From Chitinophagales bacterium (GTDB lineage Bacteria > Bacteroidota > Bacteroidia > Chitinophagales > JADIYW01), in the NCBI GenBank assembly GCA_023957215.1, contig JAMLHH010000010.1, positions 6,979 through 70,978 of the forward strand: 64,000 nucleotides of DNA, read 5' to 3'. The number at the start of each line of letters is the position of its first letter. The first letter of the stretch is position 1. The position numbers were made by a program, and so were the translations under genes. This document shows positions 39,489 through 49,615 of the stretch, piece by piece. The notes under the pieces are model-generated. The model was not told where the DNA came from, made no database searches, and saw only the letters and a list, made by a program, of their open reading frames with translations.

Positions 39489-40400
39489 CTAATATACCAA
39501 TTCCTCATATCTAAAAACTGTCTCATAGCCTTTGGTATTGAAATAACTTTTAGCCTTTTCAAAATCACCATCGTGAGTAGCCAAAACGAAATCACCACCC
39601 CAAGCACCCAGCGACTTGACGACTCCTTCATAATCTGAAAAATAAAGGTTTTTCACCTTGTCGTAATACATTAAATAAGATATGATATCTTCGTGATACT
39701 GAATTAATTGTTCAAATTCATTAAAAGACTCTGTTTTAAGGATGGTCTTTGAGATCCTTGTCACATCATGTGCTGCTCTCGACTTATTTTGTGATAAAGA
39801 ACGATAATGCGCTATCCCTTCTCTGCTATTCTGTTTTTTCCCCATATACACAAAAGCGATGCGCTTTTTAAAGTCTTCTTGCATCTGTATCGGAGTAATC
39901 ATTTTTTGATTATCCACTATCCTGAAAGTAATAGGCGAAGTCTGACTCGCACAAGCTACATCATAACCGGATCCTCCAAAAGAGTTTTCCAATAACTCAA
40001 AAGCATCAATTTCTAACCATTGAGCAATGATGGCAATCAAAGTAGAGCTACTTCCTAAACCCCATTCTCCCGGAAACTCCAAATGAGTTGTTATCTTATA
40101 ACCTGCAATAATTTTCCCAAAATTGTTTTGCAGATAAAGAAATATCTTTTGTAGAAACAGGGCTTTATCTTTATCGTTGACAGATTCCCAAACCTGAGTC
40201 TGTGTATTCCAAATACCTTGCAACCAAGTTTGACCTAAATGGTCACAACCTTTCCAATGTAAAAGGTGAATGTCATCTATCTTTTCAACCTGCATTCTTT
40301 GCCCCAAACGAGTGGGAAGAGCAATTGCCAAAGCTCCGTCCAATACGACATATTCTCCGGTCAATAACAACTTGCCGTGTGCGAAGAAGCTTTTACTCAT
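39489..40400 (-). CDS. GYDIA-family GHMP kinase (mevalonate-pathway kinase candidate)
   Basis: 303 aa. GKLLLTGEYVVLDGA, GHMP motif GLGSSST, and GGSGYDVA (a GYDIA-type motif). Overlaps the HMG-CoA reductase gene by 4 nt. Confidence 0.8.
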   Translation of the reverse strand: MSKSFFAHGKLLLTGEYVVLDGALAIALPTRLGQRMQVEKIDDIHLLHWKGCDHLGQTWLQGIWNTQTQVWESVNDKDKALFLQKIFLYLQNNFGKIIAGYKITTHLEFPGEWGLGSSSTLIAIIAQWLEIDAFELLENSFGGSGYDVACASQTSPITFRIVDNQKMITPIQMQEDFKKRIAFVYMGKKQNSREGIAHYRSLSQNKSRAAHDVTRISKTILKTESFNEFEQLIQYHEDIISYLMYYDKVKNLYFSDYEGVVKSLGAWGGDFVLATHDGDFEKAKSYFNTKGYETVFRYEELVY

Positions 40401-41722
40401 AAGTTTTTCGGTGTGCTATGGTTAGTTCTGATTTGATCTAACATCACTCTGACATTGGTAAACGAAACGACTTTATCCTTAAAATAATGAATCGCATACT
40501 CTTTTTCTTCTTCGGTCGCTTCAAGGTGTTTCAGGATATTGAGCAAGTGCATTTTCATGTGTCCTTTTTGAATACCGACCGTCGTCATAGCTCTGACAGC
40601 GGCGAAGTTTTGAGCCAAACCTCCCACAGCCACAACCTGCATTAACTTTTTAGCATCCGGAAAATCCAATATTTGGAGACATCTTTTCACCAATGGGTGT
40701 AACTGAGTCAAACCTCCCACAGTTCCTACTGCCAAAGGTAAATCTATCCAAAACTTAAATCGCCCCTCTTCTATAGAACAATGTGTCAAGCTACTGTATT
40801 CACCACCTCGGGAAGCATAAGTATGACCACAAGCTTCTACCGCTCTAAAATCATTGCCCGTGGCTATAATAATTGCATCTACACCATTAAAAATACCTTT
40901 GTTGTGTGTGGTAGCTCTATGAGGATCTACTTCCGCAATGCGTATTGCTTTTCTAAATTTTGTCGCAAACTCTTGTGGAGAGATACCGTTTTGTATGCCA
41001 AGCTCTTCTATTGGACATTCCACCCAAGCTCTCGCTAAGCAATCCGGCGTATAATTAGAGACGATAGACATAATGATATATGGCTTTGCACCATAAGCTT
41101 CTTCGGTTATTTTCTCTTGAATCAAAGTGGCTAATTCTTCCAAGTTCGTATTGATATAATTTGCTCCCATCGAATCACAAGTATCAAAACTGGCTTTTAG
41201 TTGGAATAAATGTGATTCTTTATGACTCAAATCCACCAACTCAATATCTAATATTCCACCACCACGTGCTTTCATATTGATATTGAGATATTCCACATCT
41301 TCCAAAAGTGAAGCTTTGATAGTCGGAAAATCCTTTTTCAGTTTCTCTACATTTCCTTTAAACTCAAAATGGACTTGACCTATCTTTTTAAAGTTGATAA
41401 TTTCAGTATGAAAACCACCACGAGTTAGCCAAAACTTTGCCGTTTTTGACATAGCTGCCACGACCGAACTTTCCTCTATCGCCATAGGCAATGCATACAT
41501 TTCACCATTGATTAAAAAATTAGGTGCAATCCCCAAAGGCAAATAAAAATTGGTAATTGTATTTTCTGCAAACTCATCAAAATCATCTTGTATTTCAGGA
41601 TTTCTATGCAGATAGCCGGCAAACTCATCTTTGACCGTTTTATCCCCATCAAAAAAATTGTCTATCAACCAATTCATTTGTTGATCTTTGCTCAACTTTG
41701 AATATCCATCAATCTTTTTCAT
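40397..41722 (-). CDS. Hydroxymethylglutaryl-CoA reductase, class II
   Basis: 441 aa. DSMGANYINT (DAMGAN-type motif), TTHNKGIFNG, GTVGG. Confidence 0.9.
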   Translation of the reverse strand: MKKIDGYSKLSKDQQMNWLIDNFFDGDKTVKDEFAGYLHRNPEIQDDFDEFAENTITNFYLPLGIAPNFLINGEMYALPMAIEESSVVAAMSKTAKFWLTRGGFHTEIINFKKIGQVHFEFKGNVEKLKKDFPTIKASLLEDVEYLNINMKARGGGILDIELVDLSHKESHLFQLKASFDTCDSMGANYINTNLEELATLIQEKITEEAYGAKPYIIMSIVSNYTPDCLARAWVECPIEELGIQNGISPQEFATKFRKAIRIAEVDPHRATTHNKGIFNGVDAIIIATGNDFRAVEACGHTYASRGGEYSSLTHCSIEEGRFKFWIDLPLAVGTVGGLTQLHPLVKRCLQILDFPDAKKLMQVVAVGGLAQNFAAVRAMTTVGIQKGHMKMHLLNILKHLEATEEEKEYAIHYFKDKVVSFTNVRVMLDQIRTNHSTPKNL

Positions 41723-41727
41723 ACTTT

Positions 41728-42741
41728 TTATTTTATTTTCAAATAGGCATAAGCCAATTTCAGACCTTCAATCTGACTTTCAATATACGTTTTTAAATCC
41801 TGATATGAAATCTGTGCATACTTCAATAAGGTCGATGCTTGACCATAAATAGCATTTGCATTTATCTTTTGCATCCCGTGATAACCATCCAAAAAGCTTT
41901 TGATACCGCCAGAAATGATAAAGGTATTGCATTGCACACGATGACCTTCTTCATCAAGAATCTCATTGACCGAGTTGACCATTTCATCCGCAGAATGTCC
42001 TATCCATGCTAATTGCTTGTACAACTCTTTTTTACTTTTACTACTTCTCAACAATTCTAATTTTGAAAAATTAGTACCTCCGTGTGCAGAAAATTCTATC
42101 GCTTGTATCGGTAATTTCATCAACTGCCTTAAGCTTTCTTTTCCCATTCCCTGCCCTACTTCCTTGACTATCACAGGTATTTTGGACAACTCTAAAAACT
42201 GCTGTATCGTCTCTAATGGCATTTGATGAATTTTATCACCCTCCGGTTGTAACCATTCCTGCAAAGGATTGATATGGATAAATAGACCATCAGCTTTCAA
42301 CTTTTTGATCAATTCCTCCACTTTATCCACTTGTCCTAATCTGATTAACTCTTCTATCTGTGCGATACCGAGATTAGCATAAAAAGGTTGTTCAGCACCG
42401 ATTGTCTCTCGCCAGTCAAAATCTGTCCATCTCTCCTCATTGAACAAAAGTTGCCTGCAAGACCCCAAGCCCATTCCCATTTTAAACTCGCAACACGCAC
42501 GAGCCAAATTTCCATTGATCATCCTCGCCTTTTCAGTGCCACCCGTCATACTTCCTATCCAAATAGGTGTGTGCAATTCTTTACCCAAAAATTGAAACTT
42601 TGGCAATGTCATATCCGAATGACCCAAAAGCGGCTCATAGCTGAATCTTTCATCTATCTGACTTGTATAAGATTGAAAAGCCAGAGAAATATGGTCATTC
42701 TTGCGCTCCTCAGCAGTCGGATCTTGGCGGATTTCACTCAT
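41728..42741 (-). CDS. fni: Type 2 isopentenyl-diphosphate delta-isomerase (FMN-dependent)
   Basis: 337 aa. RKNDHI, SMTGG, VKEVGQGMG, GGTNF, ISGGI motifs. Confidence 0.85.
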   Translation of the reverse strand: MSEIRQDPTAEERKNDHISLAFQSYTSQIDERFSYEPLLGHSDMTLPKFQFLGKELHTPIWIGSMTGGTEKARMINGNLARACCEFKMGMGLGSCRQLLFNEERWTDFDWRETIGAEQPFYANLGIAQIEELIRLGQVDKVEELIKKLKADGLFIHINPLQEWLQPEGDKIHQMPLETIQQFLELSKIPVIVKEVGQGMGKESLRQLMKLPIQAIEFSAHGGTNFSKLELLRSSKSKKELYKQLAWIGHSADEMVNSVNEILDEEGHRVQCNTFIISGGIKSFLDGYHGMQKINANAIYGQASTLLKYAQISYQDLKTYIESQIEGLKLAYAYLKIK

Positions 42742-42751
42742 TGTATTTTAT

Positions 42752-43300
42752 TTATCGGACAGGATGCAGTATTTCTAATGATTCATTCATCGCATCAATA
42801 TCTTTCATCCATAAGTCCTTTTTCTCCAAGAAACACCAGCCGGCAGTCTGAAACAAAAATGAATCTTTTTGTATCAACTGCATATCGTAAATCAATTTTC
42901 TTTCTTTTAACACACCCGAAATCAACAAATCCTGCACGTAATAGCCTCTTGTATTGTGATAGGCAGTATCCCGCATCACCAAAACTTCCTGCAAACCATT
43001 GTCTAATTTTTTCACATTTTTCAGATCATTTGCCAAAGAATCATACAATACTTTCACATAATTACTATCTTCTTTCCAAGGATGGTAAGTGATAAAATAA
43101 TACACATCTCTATACTTGTTTTGCAAACCAATAGCAGCATTGGGATATAATTCCGGTGCTTTCTTTAGATACGGTGCATAATCTAATTTGAGTTGGTCGA
43201 TAATTTCTATATGTTTAGGAATATCAGGATATTTACAAGCATTCAAAAGTGCCATCAAAGAGGCAGCTATCACACATAAACTAAGAATACGCTTCATCAA
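42752..43300 (-). CDS. Hypothetical lipoprotein (first gene of the mevalonate operon)
   Basis: 182 aa with lipobox LLNAC. Lies 10 nt upstream of fni on the same strand. Confidence 0.5.
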   Translation of the reverse strand: MMKRILSLCVIAASLMALLNACKYPDIPKHIEIIDQLKLDYAPYLKKAPELYPNAAIGLQNKYRDVYYFITYHPWKEDSNYVKVLYDSLANDLKNVKKLDNGLQEVLVMRDTAYHNTRGYYVQDLLISGVLKERKLIYDMQLIQKDSFLFQTAGWCFLEKKDLWMKDIDAMNESLEILHPVR

Positions 43301-43469
43301 TTTTAATTTACTACAAAAGTAAGTCTTAAAAGTGGATTTTGGAATTTATCCCCCAAACTAATCCGTACATGATAGTTATTCTATTTTTAGAATATCACAA
43401 TTTCCACATTCTCAAATTTGTGAATTGCCTAATTTATAAATTCCCCAATTGTCTAATTTTCTAATTAAC

Positions 43470-43545
43470 TTGGGCGTGTCTTTTGTTAGTAATGGGATTA
43501 TTCGTATTGAGTATTGAGGCTATTCGTATTGAGTATTGAGACTTC
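43470..43545 (+). repeat. Intergenic repeat family, copy 2 (5' part only), containing a perfect 20-nt tandem duplication
   Basis: TTGGGCGTGTCTTTT (43470-43484) is identical to 57387-57401. TATTCGTATTGAGTATTGAG occurs twice (43499-43518 and 43521-43540). It ends in AGTATTGAGACT (43532-43543). Confidence 0.7.
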
Positions 43546-43597
43546 CCTTTATGTATGAAATAGATATTTTAGTTACATAGCTGTCAAGAACGAATTA

Positions 43598-44269
43598 CTA
43601 CATAAACTCACCTATCGTAGTGACACCGCCTTTGACTTTTTGGTTAAGATGGACATGGATTTTAGTATCTAATGGGAGAAATAAATCCACCCTCGAACCG
43701 AGTTTGATAAATCCAAATTGTTCTCCTTGCTCTACTTCATCACCTTCTTGCAGATAGTTGACAATTCTACGGGCAAGTTTACCGGCAATCTGTCTCATCA
43801 TTACGCTGTATTCGCCGTTCTCAATAACGATAGAAGTTCTTTCATTGAGTTCAGATGATTTAGGATGCCATGCTACCAGATATTTTCCGGGATGATACTT
43901 GGAATAAGTTACCAAGCCACGAATTGGAACGCGATTAACATGCACATTCGTTGGTGACATGAAGATAGATACCTGTAATCTTTTGTCAGTAAAATATTCA
44001 TTCATCTGTACCTCTTCGATTACCACTATTTTACCGTCAGCAGGACAAATGATTTTATTAAGTTCCCAAAGCAATAAATCCCTTCTTGGATTTCTAAAGA
44101 AATAAGTAATAAAACCAAGAAAAACAGAAGTAAAAACGATGATGACAATCTTGACTATCAGCCCTACTCCTATTATTTTAATAGCAACGTAGTTAATCAA
44201 CAATGCCATTAACAAAGTAACTAAAATAATTTTTCGCCCTTCCTTATGAATATATTGCTTGTGTAGCAT
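43598..44269 (-). CDS. psd: Phosphatidylserine decarboxylase (short form)
   Basis: ATG at 44269 (the track gives a TTG at 44278). FGFIKLGSRVDLF contains the G-S self-cleavage site. N-terminal TM helices. Confidence 0.85.
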   Translation of the reverse strand: MLHKQYIHKEGRKIILVTLLMALLINYVAIKIIGVGLIVKIVIIVFTSVFLGFITYFFRNPRRDLLLWELNKIICPADGKIVVIEEVQMNEYFTDKRLQVSIFMSPTNVHVNRVPIRGLVTYSKYHPGKYLVAWHPKSSELNERTSIVIENGEYSVMMRQIAGKLARRIVNYLQEGDEVEQGEQFGFIKLGSRVDLFLPLDTKIHVHLNQKVKGGVTTIGEFM

Positions 44270-44361
44270 TGAGTACAAAGATAATAGAATAAGCTAAACC
44301 TTTTATTCGTCTTCTTTGAATTGATATAAAGAAAATATCAAAATGGTATTAACACGACCAT

Positions 44362-45423
44362 TTAATATTTTTCATCCCTTAAATTAGCTCTTCTCACCAA
44401 AGGATCTGCATTTCTCTCTTTGTAATCTTCCCTGTTTCTATAAATATCAATTGCACAGAAGATGGCATCTCTGAAAGAAGATTCATCCGCTTTATCTTTT
44501 CCGGCAATATTTTCAGCAGTTCCGTGATCCGGTGAGGTTCTTACAATAGAGAGTCCGGCAGTATAATTCGTACCACTTCCAACACACAAAGATTTAAAAG
44601 GTATCAAACCTTGATCGTGATACATCGCCAATGTGGCATCAAAAAGCTTATAAGTTTCTTTAGCAAAAAATCCGTCAGCTGAATACGGTCCAAACACCAA
44701 AGTTTCTTTCTCTCTCACTTCCTTTATGGCCGGCGTGATAATATCTATTTCTTCCGTACCTAACAGACCATCATCGCCTTTATGTGGATTCAGTCCCAAA
44801 ACGGCTATTTTAGGTCGGTCTATACCAAAATCTTCTATCAAAGAACGTTCTATCAATCCAAGTTTTTTGACAATAGCTTCTTTACTGATATGTTCACTGA
44901 TTTCTTTAACCGGAACATGTTCAGTAACTAATCCCACTCTCAAATTTTCACTCACCATGAACATCAAAGATTGATGATCGCCAAACTCTTTTTCCAAATA
45001 AGATGTGTGTCCCGAAAAAGGAAACTCTGCACTATGAATATAGTTCTTATTAATAGGTGCTGTGACCAAAACATCAATATCTCCGTCCTTGAGAGCCTGT
45101 ACAGCACCTTGTAGAGATTTCAAAGCTAATTCACCCGTTTTCTTATCTGGTTTACCGGGCTTGATTTCTACATCTTCATCCCAAACTTGTACAATATTCA
45201 AACTGTTATGACTCAATTGTTGAATACTTTTTACCGTATTGTATTGAATCTTGTCAATATTCAGTTCTTTTTTATAAAATGAAAGCACTTTTGCATTCCC
45301 AAACAAAATAGGTGTAAACAACTTAAACATTCTATCATCGATGAAAGTCTTCATGATGACTTCCGGGCCGATTCCCGCAATATCACCTATACTAATTCCT
45401 ACTCTTAATTTATCTTCTCTCAT
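44362..45423 (-). CDS. pdxA: 4-hydroxythreonine-4-phosphate dehydrogenase
   Basis: 353 aa. GDIAGIGPEV, VTAPINK, GLNPHKGDDG, TSPDHGTA. Confidence 0.9.
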   Translation of the reverse strand: MREDKLRVGISIGDIAGIGPEVIMKTFIDDRMFKLFTPILFGNAKVLSFYKKELNIDKIQYNTVKSIQQLSHNSLNIVQVWDEDVEIKPGKPDKKTGELALKSLQGAVQALKDGDIDVLVTAPINKNYIHSAEFPFSGHTSYLEKEFGDHQSLMFMVSENLRVGLVTEHVPVKEISEHISKEAIVKKLGLIERSLIEDFGIDRPKIAVLGLNPHKGDDGLLGTEEIDIITPAIKEVREKETLVFGPYSADGFFAKETYKLFDATLAMYHDQGLIPFKSLCVGSGTNYTAGLSIVRTSPDHGTAENIAGKDKADESSFRDAIFCAIDIYRNREDYKERNADPLVRRANLRDEKY

Positions 45424-46847
45424 TATTTCTTCATGTAACTTTTCAAAAATTCTAATAAAAATCTCACACCCGTTCCGGTACCACCACTTGTACGATAGGT
45501 AGAAGTCGTACTCAAAAATGCCGGACCGGCAATGTCAAAATGCAACCAAGGATAATCTGTAAAGTTTTGTAAAAACTTACCTGCCGTTATCGCACCTGCC
45601 AAAGCACCGCCAATATTACTGATATCTGCCACTTCTGATTTTAACAAATCTCCATAATCATCCCACAATGGCATTTCTGCAATTCTCTCATAAGTATTAA
45701 AAGCAGCCTCTTTAGCCAAAGATTTTGTTTTTTCATCCGCTGTACCCATAAAAGCTGCAACATGATGACCGAAAGCACGCATCGCAGCGCCGGTTAAAGT
45801 AGCGAAATCCATCACCAACTCAGGTTTGAATTGCTGTGCATAAGAAAGCGCATCAGATAGTATCAAACGACCTTCGGCATCTGTATTTAAAACTTCTACG
45901 GTCAACCCATTAGAAATCGTCAAAACATCACCTGCCACCATTGCTTTGTCATTGATACGGTTTTCTACTGCCGGCACCAAAGTTATAATATGCAAAGGTA
46001 GTTTTTCGAGTGCTGCCAAATAAATCCCACCAAAAACTGCTGCCGCACCACCCATATCGCATTTCATCGTGGTCATCCCATCTCCCACTTTGATATTATA
46101 TCCACCTGTATCATACACGACACCTTTTCCTACCAAAATAATAGGTTGTTGGTTAACGGCATTTTCAGGTTTCCATTCCAAAACGGTGAAAGTAGGGTCA
46201 TATTGACTGCCGGCATTTACACCTAAAACACCACCCATATTTAAGCGTTTGATTTCTGCAAGACCTAATTCTTTATAAGAGATGCCGACTTCTTCAGCAA
46301 AATTTTTAGCAGAAAGTGAAAGTTCTTTTGCTGTTAAGGTAGAAAGTGGCTCATTGACGATATTTCTGGAATAAAAAACAGCTTTAACGATATTGTTCAA
46401 GGTTTTTCTATCTGTATCCGATAGAAAATCATCATCTGAAATAAATTTTTCAACGAGTTCCTTCTTCTCTTTTTTGTATTTATCAAAACTGTAATTGGAT
46501 AGGAAAAGTCCTTCTGCAAAAGCAAAGTTAAGTGCTTGACTCAACTCCGATTTGAGATACGCATATTTCACACCGGAGTTCATCACCAAACCAAAAGCTT
46601 GATGACCGAGATTTCTCAATTGTTCTAATGTTAAATATTGGTCAGTTGGTTTCTTTGGCACGTATGGTATCAAAATCTGCTCATGTCCGGCCTCATCTAT
46701 TGTATAAAAAGGTTTTAAATCACTTTCTTTTTTTGTGTTTAGTGAAGCTTTTTGCTTATCCGTTAAGAGCTTAGAAGTCTCTATTTCTCTCCCATTTATT
46801 AATAATACTGAAATTTCAGCACCGTTTTGACCTAAGTTAGTTGTCAT
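45423..46847 (-). CDS. pepA: Leucyl aminopeptidase (M17)
   Basis: NTDAEGRL signature, VGKGVVYDTGGYNIK, MKCDMGGAA. The ATG at 46847 is preferred. Its stop overlaps the pdxA start (TAATG). Confidence 0.9.
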   Translation of the reverse strand: MTTNLGQNGAEISVLLINGREIETSKLLTDKQKASLNTKKESDLKPFYTIDEAGHEQILIPYVPKKPTDQYLTLEQLRNLGHQAFGLVMNSGVKYAYLKSELSQALNFAFAEGLFLSNYSFDKYKKEKKELVEKFISDDDFLSDTDRKTLNNIVKAVFYSRNIVNEPLSTLTAKELSLSAKNFAEEVGISYKELGLAEIKRLNMGGVLGVNAGSQYDPTFTVLEWKPENAVNQQPIILVGKGVVYDTGGYNIKVGDGMTTMKCDMGGAAAVFGGIYLAALEKLPLHIITLVPAVENRINDKAMVAGDVLTISNGLTVEVLNTDAEGRLILSDALSYAQQFKPELVMDFATLTGAAMRAFGHHVAAFMGTADEKTKSLAKEAAFNTYERIAEMPLWDDYGDLLKSEVADISNIGGALAGAITAGKFLQNFTDYPWLHFDIAGPAFLSTTSTYRTSGGTGTGVRFLLEFLKSYMKK

Positions 46848-46896
46848 TTTATTGTTCTTACTTTTAATATAAATATCTTTGTCAAAGATAGGAAAA

Positions 46897-47667
46897 ATGC
46901 GCATGGTTCAACCCAATAAGAAATACGGGCAACATTTTTTAAAAGATAAATCTGTAGTGGAACGAATAGTTTCTCTTATTAAATTGAATCATTCATCGCA
47001 AAAATTAATTGAAATCGGTCCCGGCACAGGGGCTTTGACAAGTGCTTTAATCCCTGATTTTATTGATACTTTATCTTGTATAGAAGTGGACGAAAGGTGT
47101 GTCGAGTTTTTGGAAGAAAATTATCCTGAATTACAAGGAAAAATATTTTTTGAAGATTTTTTAAAAACAAATCTAAGCTCATTATTAATTCCCTCGGCGA
47201 CCATTGTGGGAAATTTTCCTTACAATATCAGTTCGCAAATCATCTTTAAAGTTATCGACTATCGTGAACAAATACCTTTGATGGTCGGGATGTTTCAAAA
47301 AGAAGTTGCAGAACGCATCACAGCCGGACACGGAAATAAGGACTATGGAATTTTGAGTGTGCTGACTCAACTTTATTACGATGCAGAAATTGCTTTTCAC
47401 ATCGCACCGGGTGCTTTTAATCCTCCGCCAAAAGTCAATTCTTCCGTTTTGGTGTTAAAAAGGAAAGAAGTTTTTCCGGAAGTAAATCATGCGATAATCA
47501 GTCGTTTGGTAAAAGCCGGTTTTAACCAAAGAAGGAAAATGCTCCGCAATCCGTACAAAGGAATTTTGCCAAGTGAAATTTTACAAGAACCATTTTTCCA
47601 ACAGCGGGCAGAACAACTTTCAGTGCAGGATTATATCGAATTAAGTCAAAGAGTAGAAAATTTATAG
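46897..47667 (+). CDS. rsmA: 16S rRNA (adenine1518/1519-N6)-dimethyltransferase
   Basis: KKYGQHFL and the EIGPGTGALT SAM motif. ATG at 46897 (the track gives a TTG at 46879). Confidence 0.9.
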   Translation: MRMVQPNKKYGQHFLKDKSVVERIVSLIKLNHSSQKLIEIGPGTGALTSALIPDFIDTLSCIEVDERCVEFLEENYPELQGKIFFEDFLKTNLSSLLIPSATIVGNFPYNISSQIIFKVIDYREQIPLMVGMFQKEVAERITAGHGNKDYGILSVLTQLYYDAEIAFHIAPGAFNPPPKVNSSVLVLKRKEVFPEVNHAIISRLVKAGFNQRRKMLRNPYKGILPSEILQEPFFQQRAEQLSVQDYIELSQRVENL

Positions 47668-47669
47668 GT

Positions 47670-48614
47670 ATGAAGGCAAAAGTTTTAATCACAGCAAAAG
47701 AAGTGGATGATATCGTTGTCAGCGAATTAGAATCGATGAACTACGATGTTTCACACTTGCCCGAACCAAGTGAAGAACAACTGCTCGACGTGATTGGAGA
47801 ATATGAAGGTTTAATTATTACCACTTACACGAAAGTGAATAAAAAGGTTTTGGCGAAAGCTGAAAAATTAAAATTTGTGGGACGTGTGGGCGCAGGTTTG
47901 GAAAATGTGGACGAGCAAGCAGCCCAAGAGAAAGGTGTAGCAGTTTTTAATTCGCCGGAAGGAAATTGTAACGCTGTCGGCGAACATGCACTCGGACTAT
48001 TATTATCTGTCATGAATCATATCGCTTCTGCCAATATGGAAGTCAAAAATGGTATTTGGCAACGTGAAGAAAACAGAGGTGAAGAATTGGATGGCAAAGT
48101 GGTAGGCATTATCGGTTTGGGACACACCGGAACTGCTTTTGCAAAGAAGTTGAGAGGTTTCGATGTAGAAGTTTTGGCTTACGATAAATATAAAGAAAAC
48201 TACGGCACGGATTTTATCAAGGAAGTGAGTTTAGATGAACTTTTACAACGTGCTGATATCATCAGTTTTCACATTCCTTATTCTAAATCTAACCATCACT
48301 TTCTGAATGTTTCCATGATAGAAAAAATGCAGCAAAAACCTTATATTATGCATACTTGTAGAGGTGCGGTGATGGATACAAAAGCAGTTTTAAATGCATT
48401 AGAAACTCAAGAAATAAAAGCTTTAGGAATAGATGTGTATGAGGATGAACCATGGACAAAAGGCAAACAAGTAGAAATAGATAGCTATAAAAAGTTATTT
48501 TCGTTGAAAAATGTAACCGCCACTCCACATATTGCAGGATGGACAAAAGAAAGTAAAATAAAACTTGCCCAAGTATTGATGCAAAAAATCAAAATATGGA
48601 AAACAACCCAATAA
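47670..48614 (+). CDS. D-isomer-specific 2-hydroxyacid dehydrogenase (SerA/PdxB-like)
   Basis: 314 aa. GIIGLGHTGTAF NAD-binding motif; downstream R...E...H catalytic pattern (TCRGAV, DVYEDEP, TPHIAG). Confidence 0.8.
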   Translation: MKAKVLITAKEVDDIVVSELESMNYDVSHLPEPSEEQLLDVIGEYEGLIITTYTKVNKKVLAKAEKLKFVGRVGAGLENVDEQAAQEKGVAVFNSPEGNCNAVGEHALGLLLSVMNHIASANMEVKNGIWQREENRGEELDGKVVGIIGLGHTGTAFAKKLRGFDVEVLAYDKYKENYGTDFIKEVSLDELLQRADIISFHIPYSKSNHHFLNVSMIEKMQQKPYIMHTCRGAVMDTKAVLNALETQEIKALGIDVYEDEPWTKGKQVEIDSYKKLFSLKNVTATPHIAGWTKESKIKLAQVLMQKIKIWKTTQ

Positions 48615-49546
48615 ACAATCAGAATAGAAAGTTTAGGTTAGACAGCAAACTGAAAATGTTTGTCATCATTGCATTTTCATTTTTGCTGGCACACTACCTT
48701 TTAGATTTTAGTTATTTCTCCAAGTACGAAAAGTTCATTCCTTTTCTAAAAAAGATGACTTTCAGTGTTTTCCTCACTTATATCATCATGCTTTTTAGCC
48801 GTTTCGGTGAAAAGTATATCAATAGTCAAAATCATACGGAAGGTGACAGATACAATCTGCAACGCATCAGAAGTCTGATGACGACCGTGTTTATAGTTAT
48901 TGTCGTTGCATCTTTTTTATTCCAGAACTTATACACGGCGGCAGTCAGCTTTGGTTTAATATCCTTGGTCTTGGGTTTTGCATTGCAAGTTCCTATCAGT
49001 TCATTTATTGCATGGTTGTACATTGTCTATCGCAAACCGTATCAGGTCGGCGACAGAATCCAAATCAATCAATTTCGTGGTGATGTGATAGAAATCGGAT
49101 ATTTGGACACGATTATTTTAGAATGTAATGGTGATTATCTGCAAAATGACAGACTGAGTGGAAGAAGAATTCACTTTCCTAACAGTATTGTTTTAAAAGA
49201 TGAGGTCATCAATTATTCAGGCCCACAGATACCTTTTATTTGGAATGAAACCGCCATTCAGATTGCTTATACGAGCGATGTGAAGTTTGTAGAAGACTGC
49301 ATGATCAAAGCATGCGAAAGAGATTTTTCCGAACGTTATCCTGAGATGTACGAAATTTCCAAAAAGAAATGGTGTTCGGCTGTTTATTTCAGGGTGAATA
49401 CTTATGCATGGTTAGAAGCTGTCATTCAATATCCGGTGGAGCCGGAAGACACCACAGGTCGTAGAACGAGAATACTCAGTTACGCATTGCCACTTTTAAA
49501 TGCCGAACCTAACAAAGTGAAGTTTCCGGAAGGAACTTATAGATAG
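48596..49546 (+). CDS. Mechanosensitive ion channel (MscS-like) family protein
   Basis: 316 aa. Three TM helices, then YKVGDRIQI...GDVIEIG, the typical MscS beta-domain. Confidence 0.7.
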   Translation: MENNPINNQNRKFRLDSKLKMFVIIAFSFLLAHYLLDFSYFSKYEKFIPFLKKMTFSVFLTYIIMLFSRFGEKYINSQNHTEGDRYNLQRIRSLMTTVFIVIVVASFLFQNLYTAAVSFGLISLVLGFALQVPISSFIAWLYIVYRKPYQVGDRIQINQFRGDVIEIGYLDTIILECNGDYLQNDRLSGRRIHFPNSIVLKDEVINYSGPQIPFIWNETAIQIAYTSDVKFVEDCMIKACERDFSERYPEMYEISKKKWCSAVYFRVNTYAWLEAVIQYPVEPEDTTGRRTRILSYALPLLNAEPNKVKFPEGTYR

Positions 49547-49615
49547 CCACTTCTCCTCTTGCTTATCATCTAAAAGTCGTAAATAATCTTTTACTTTGCA
49601 GTTTCCAATAAACCG

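Noticed and set aside
42388-43092. 234-aa + strand ORF spanning the fni 5' end and the lipoprotein gene.
   Set aside because: It is antisense to two coherent genes. The Ser/Leu/His-rich translation has no domain features, and it crosses an intergenic junction of the opposite-strand operon.
43499-43540. Tandem 20-nt units, considered as a mini CRISPR array.
   Set aside because: There are only two units with a 2-nt spacer, no unique spacers and no cas genes in the window. It belongs to the dispersed repeat family.
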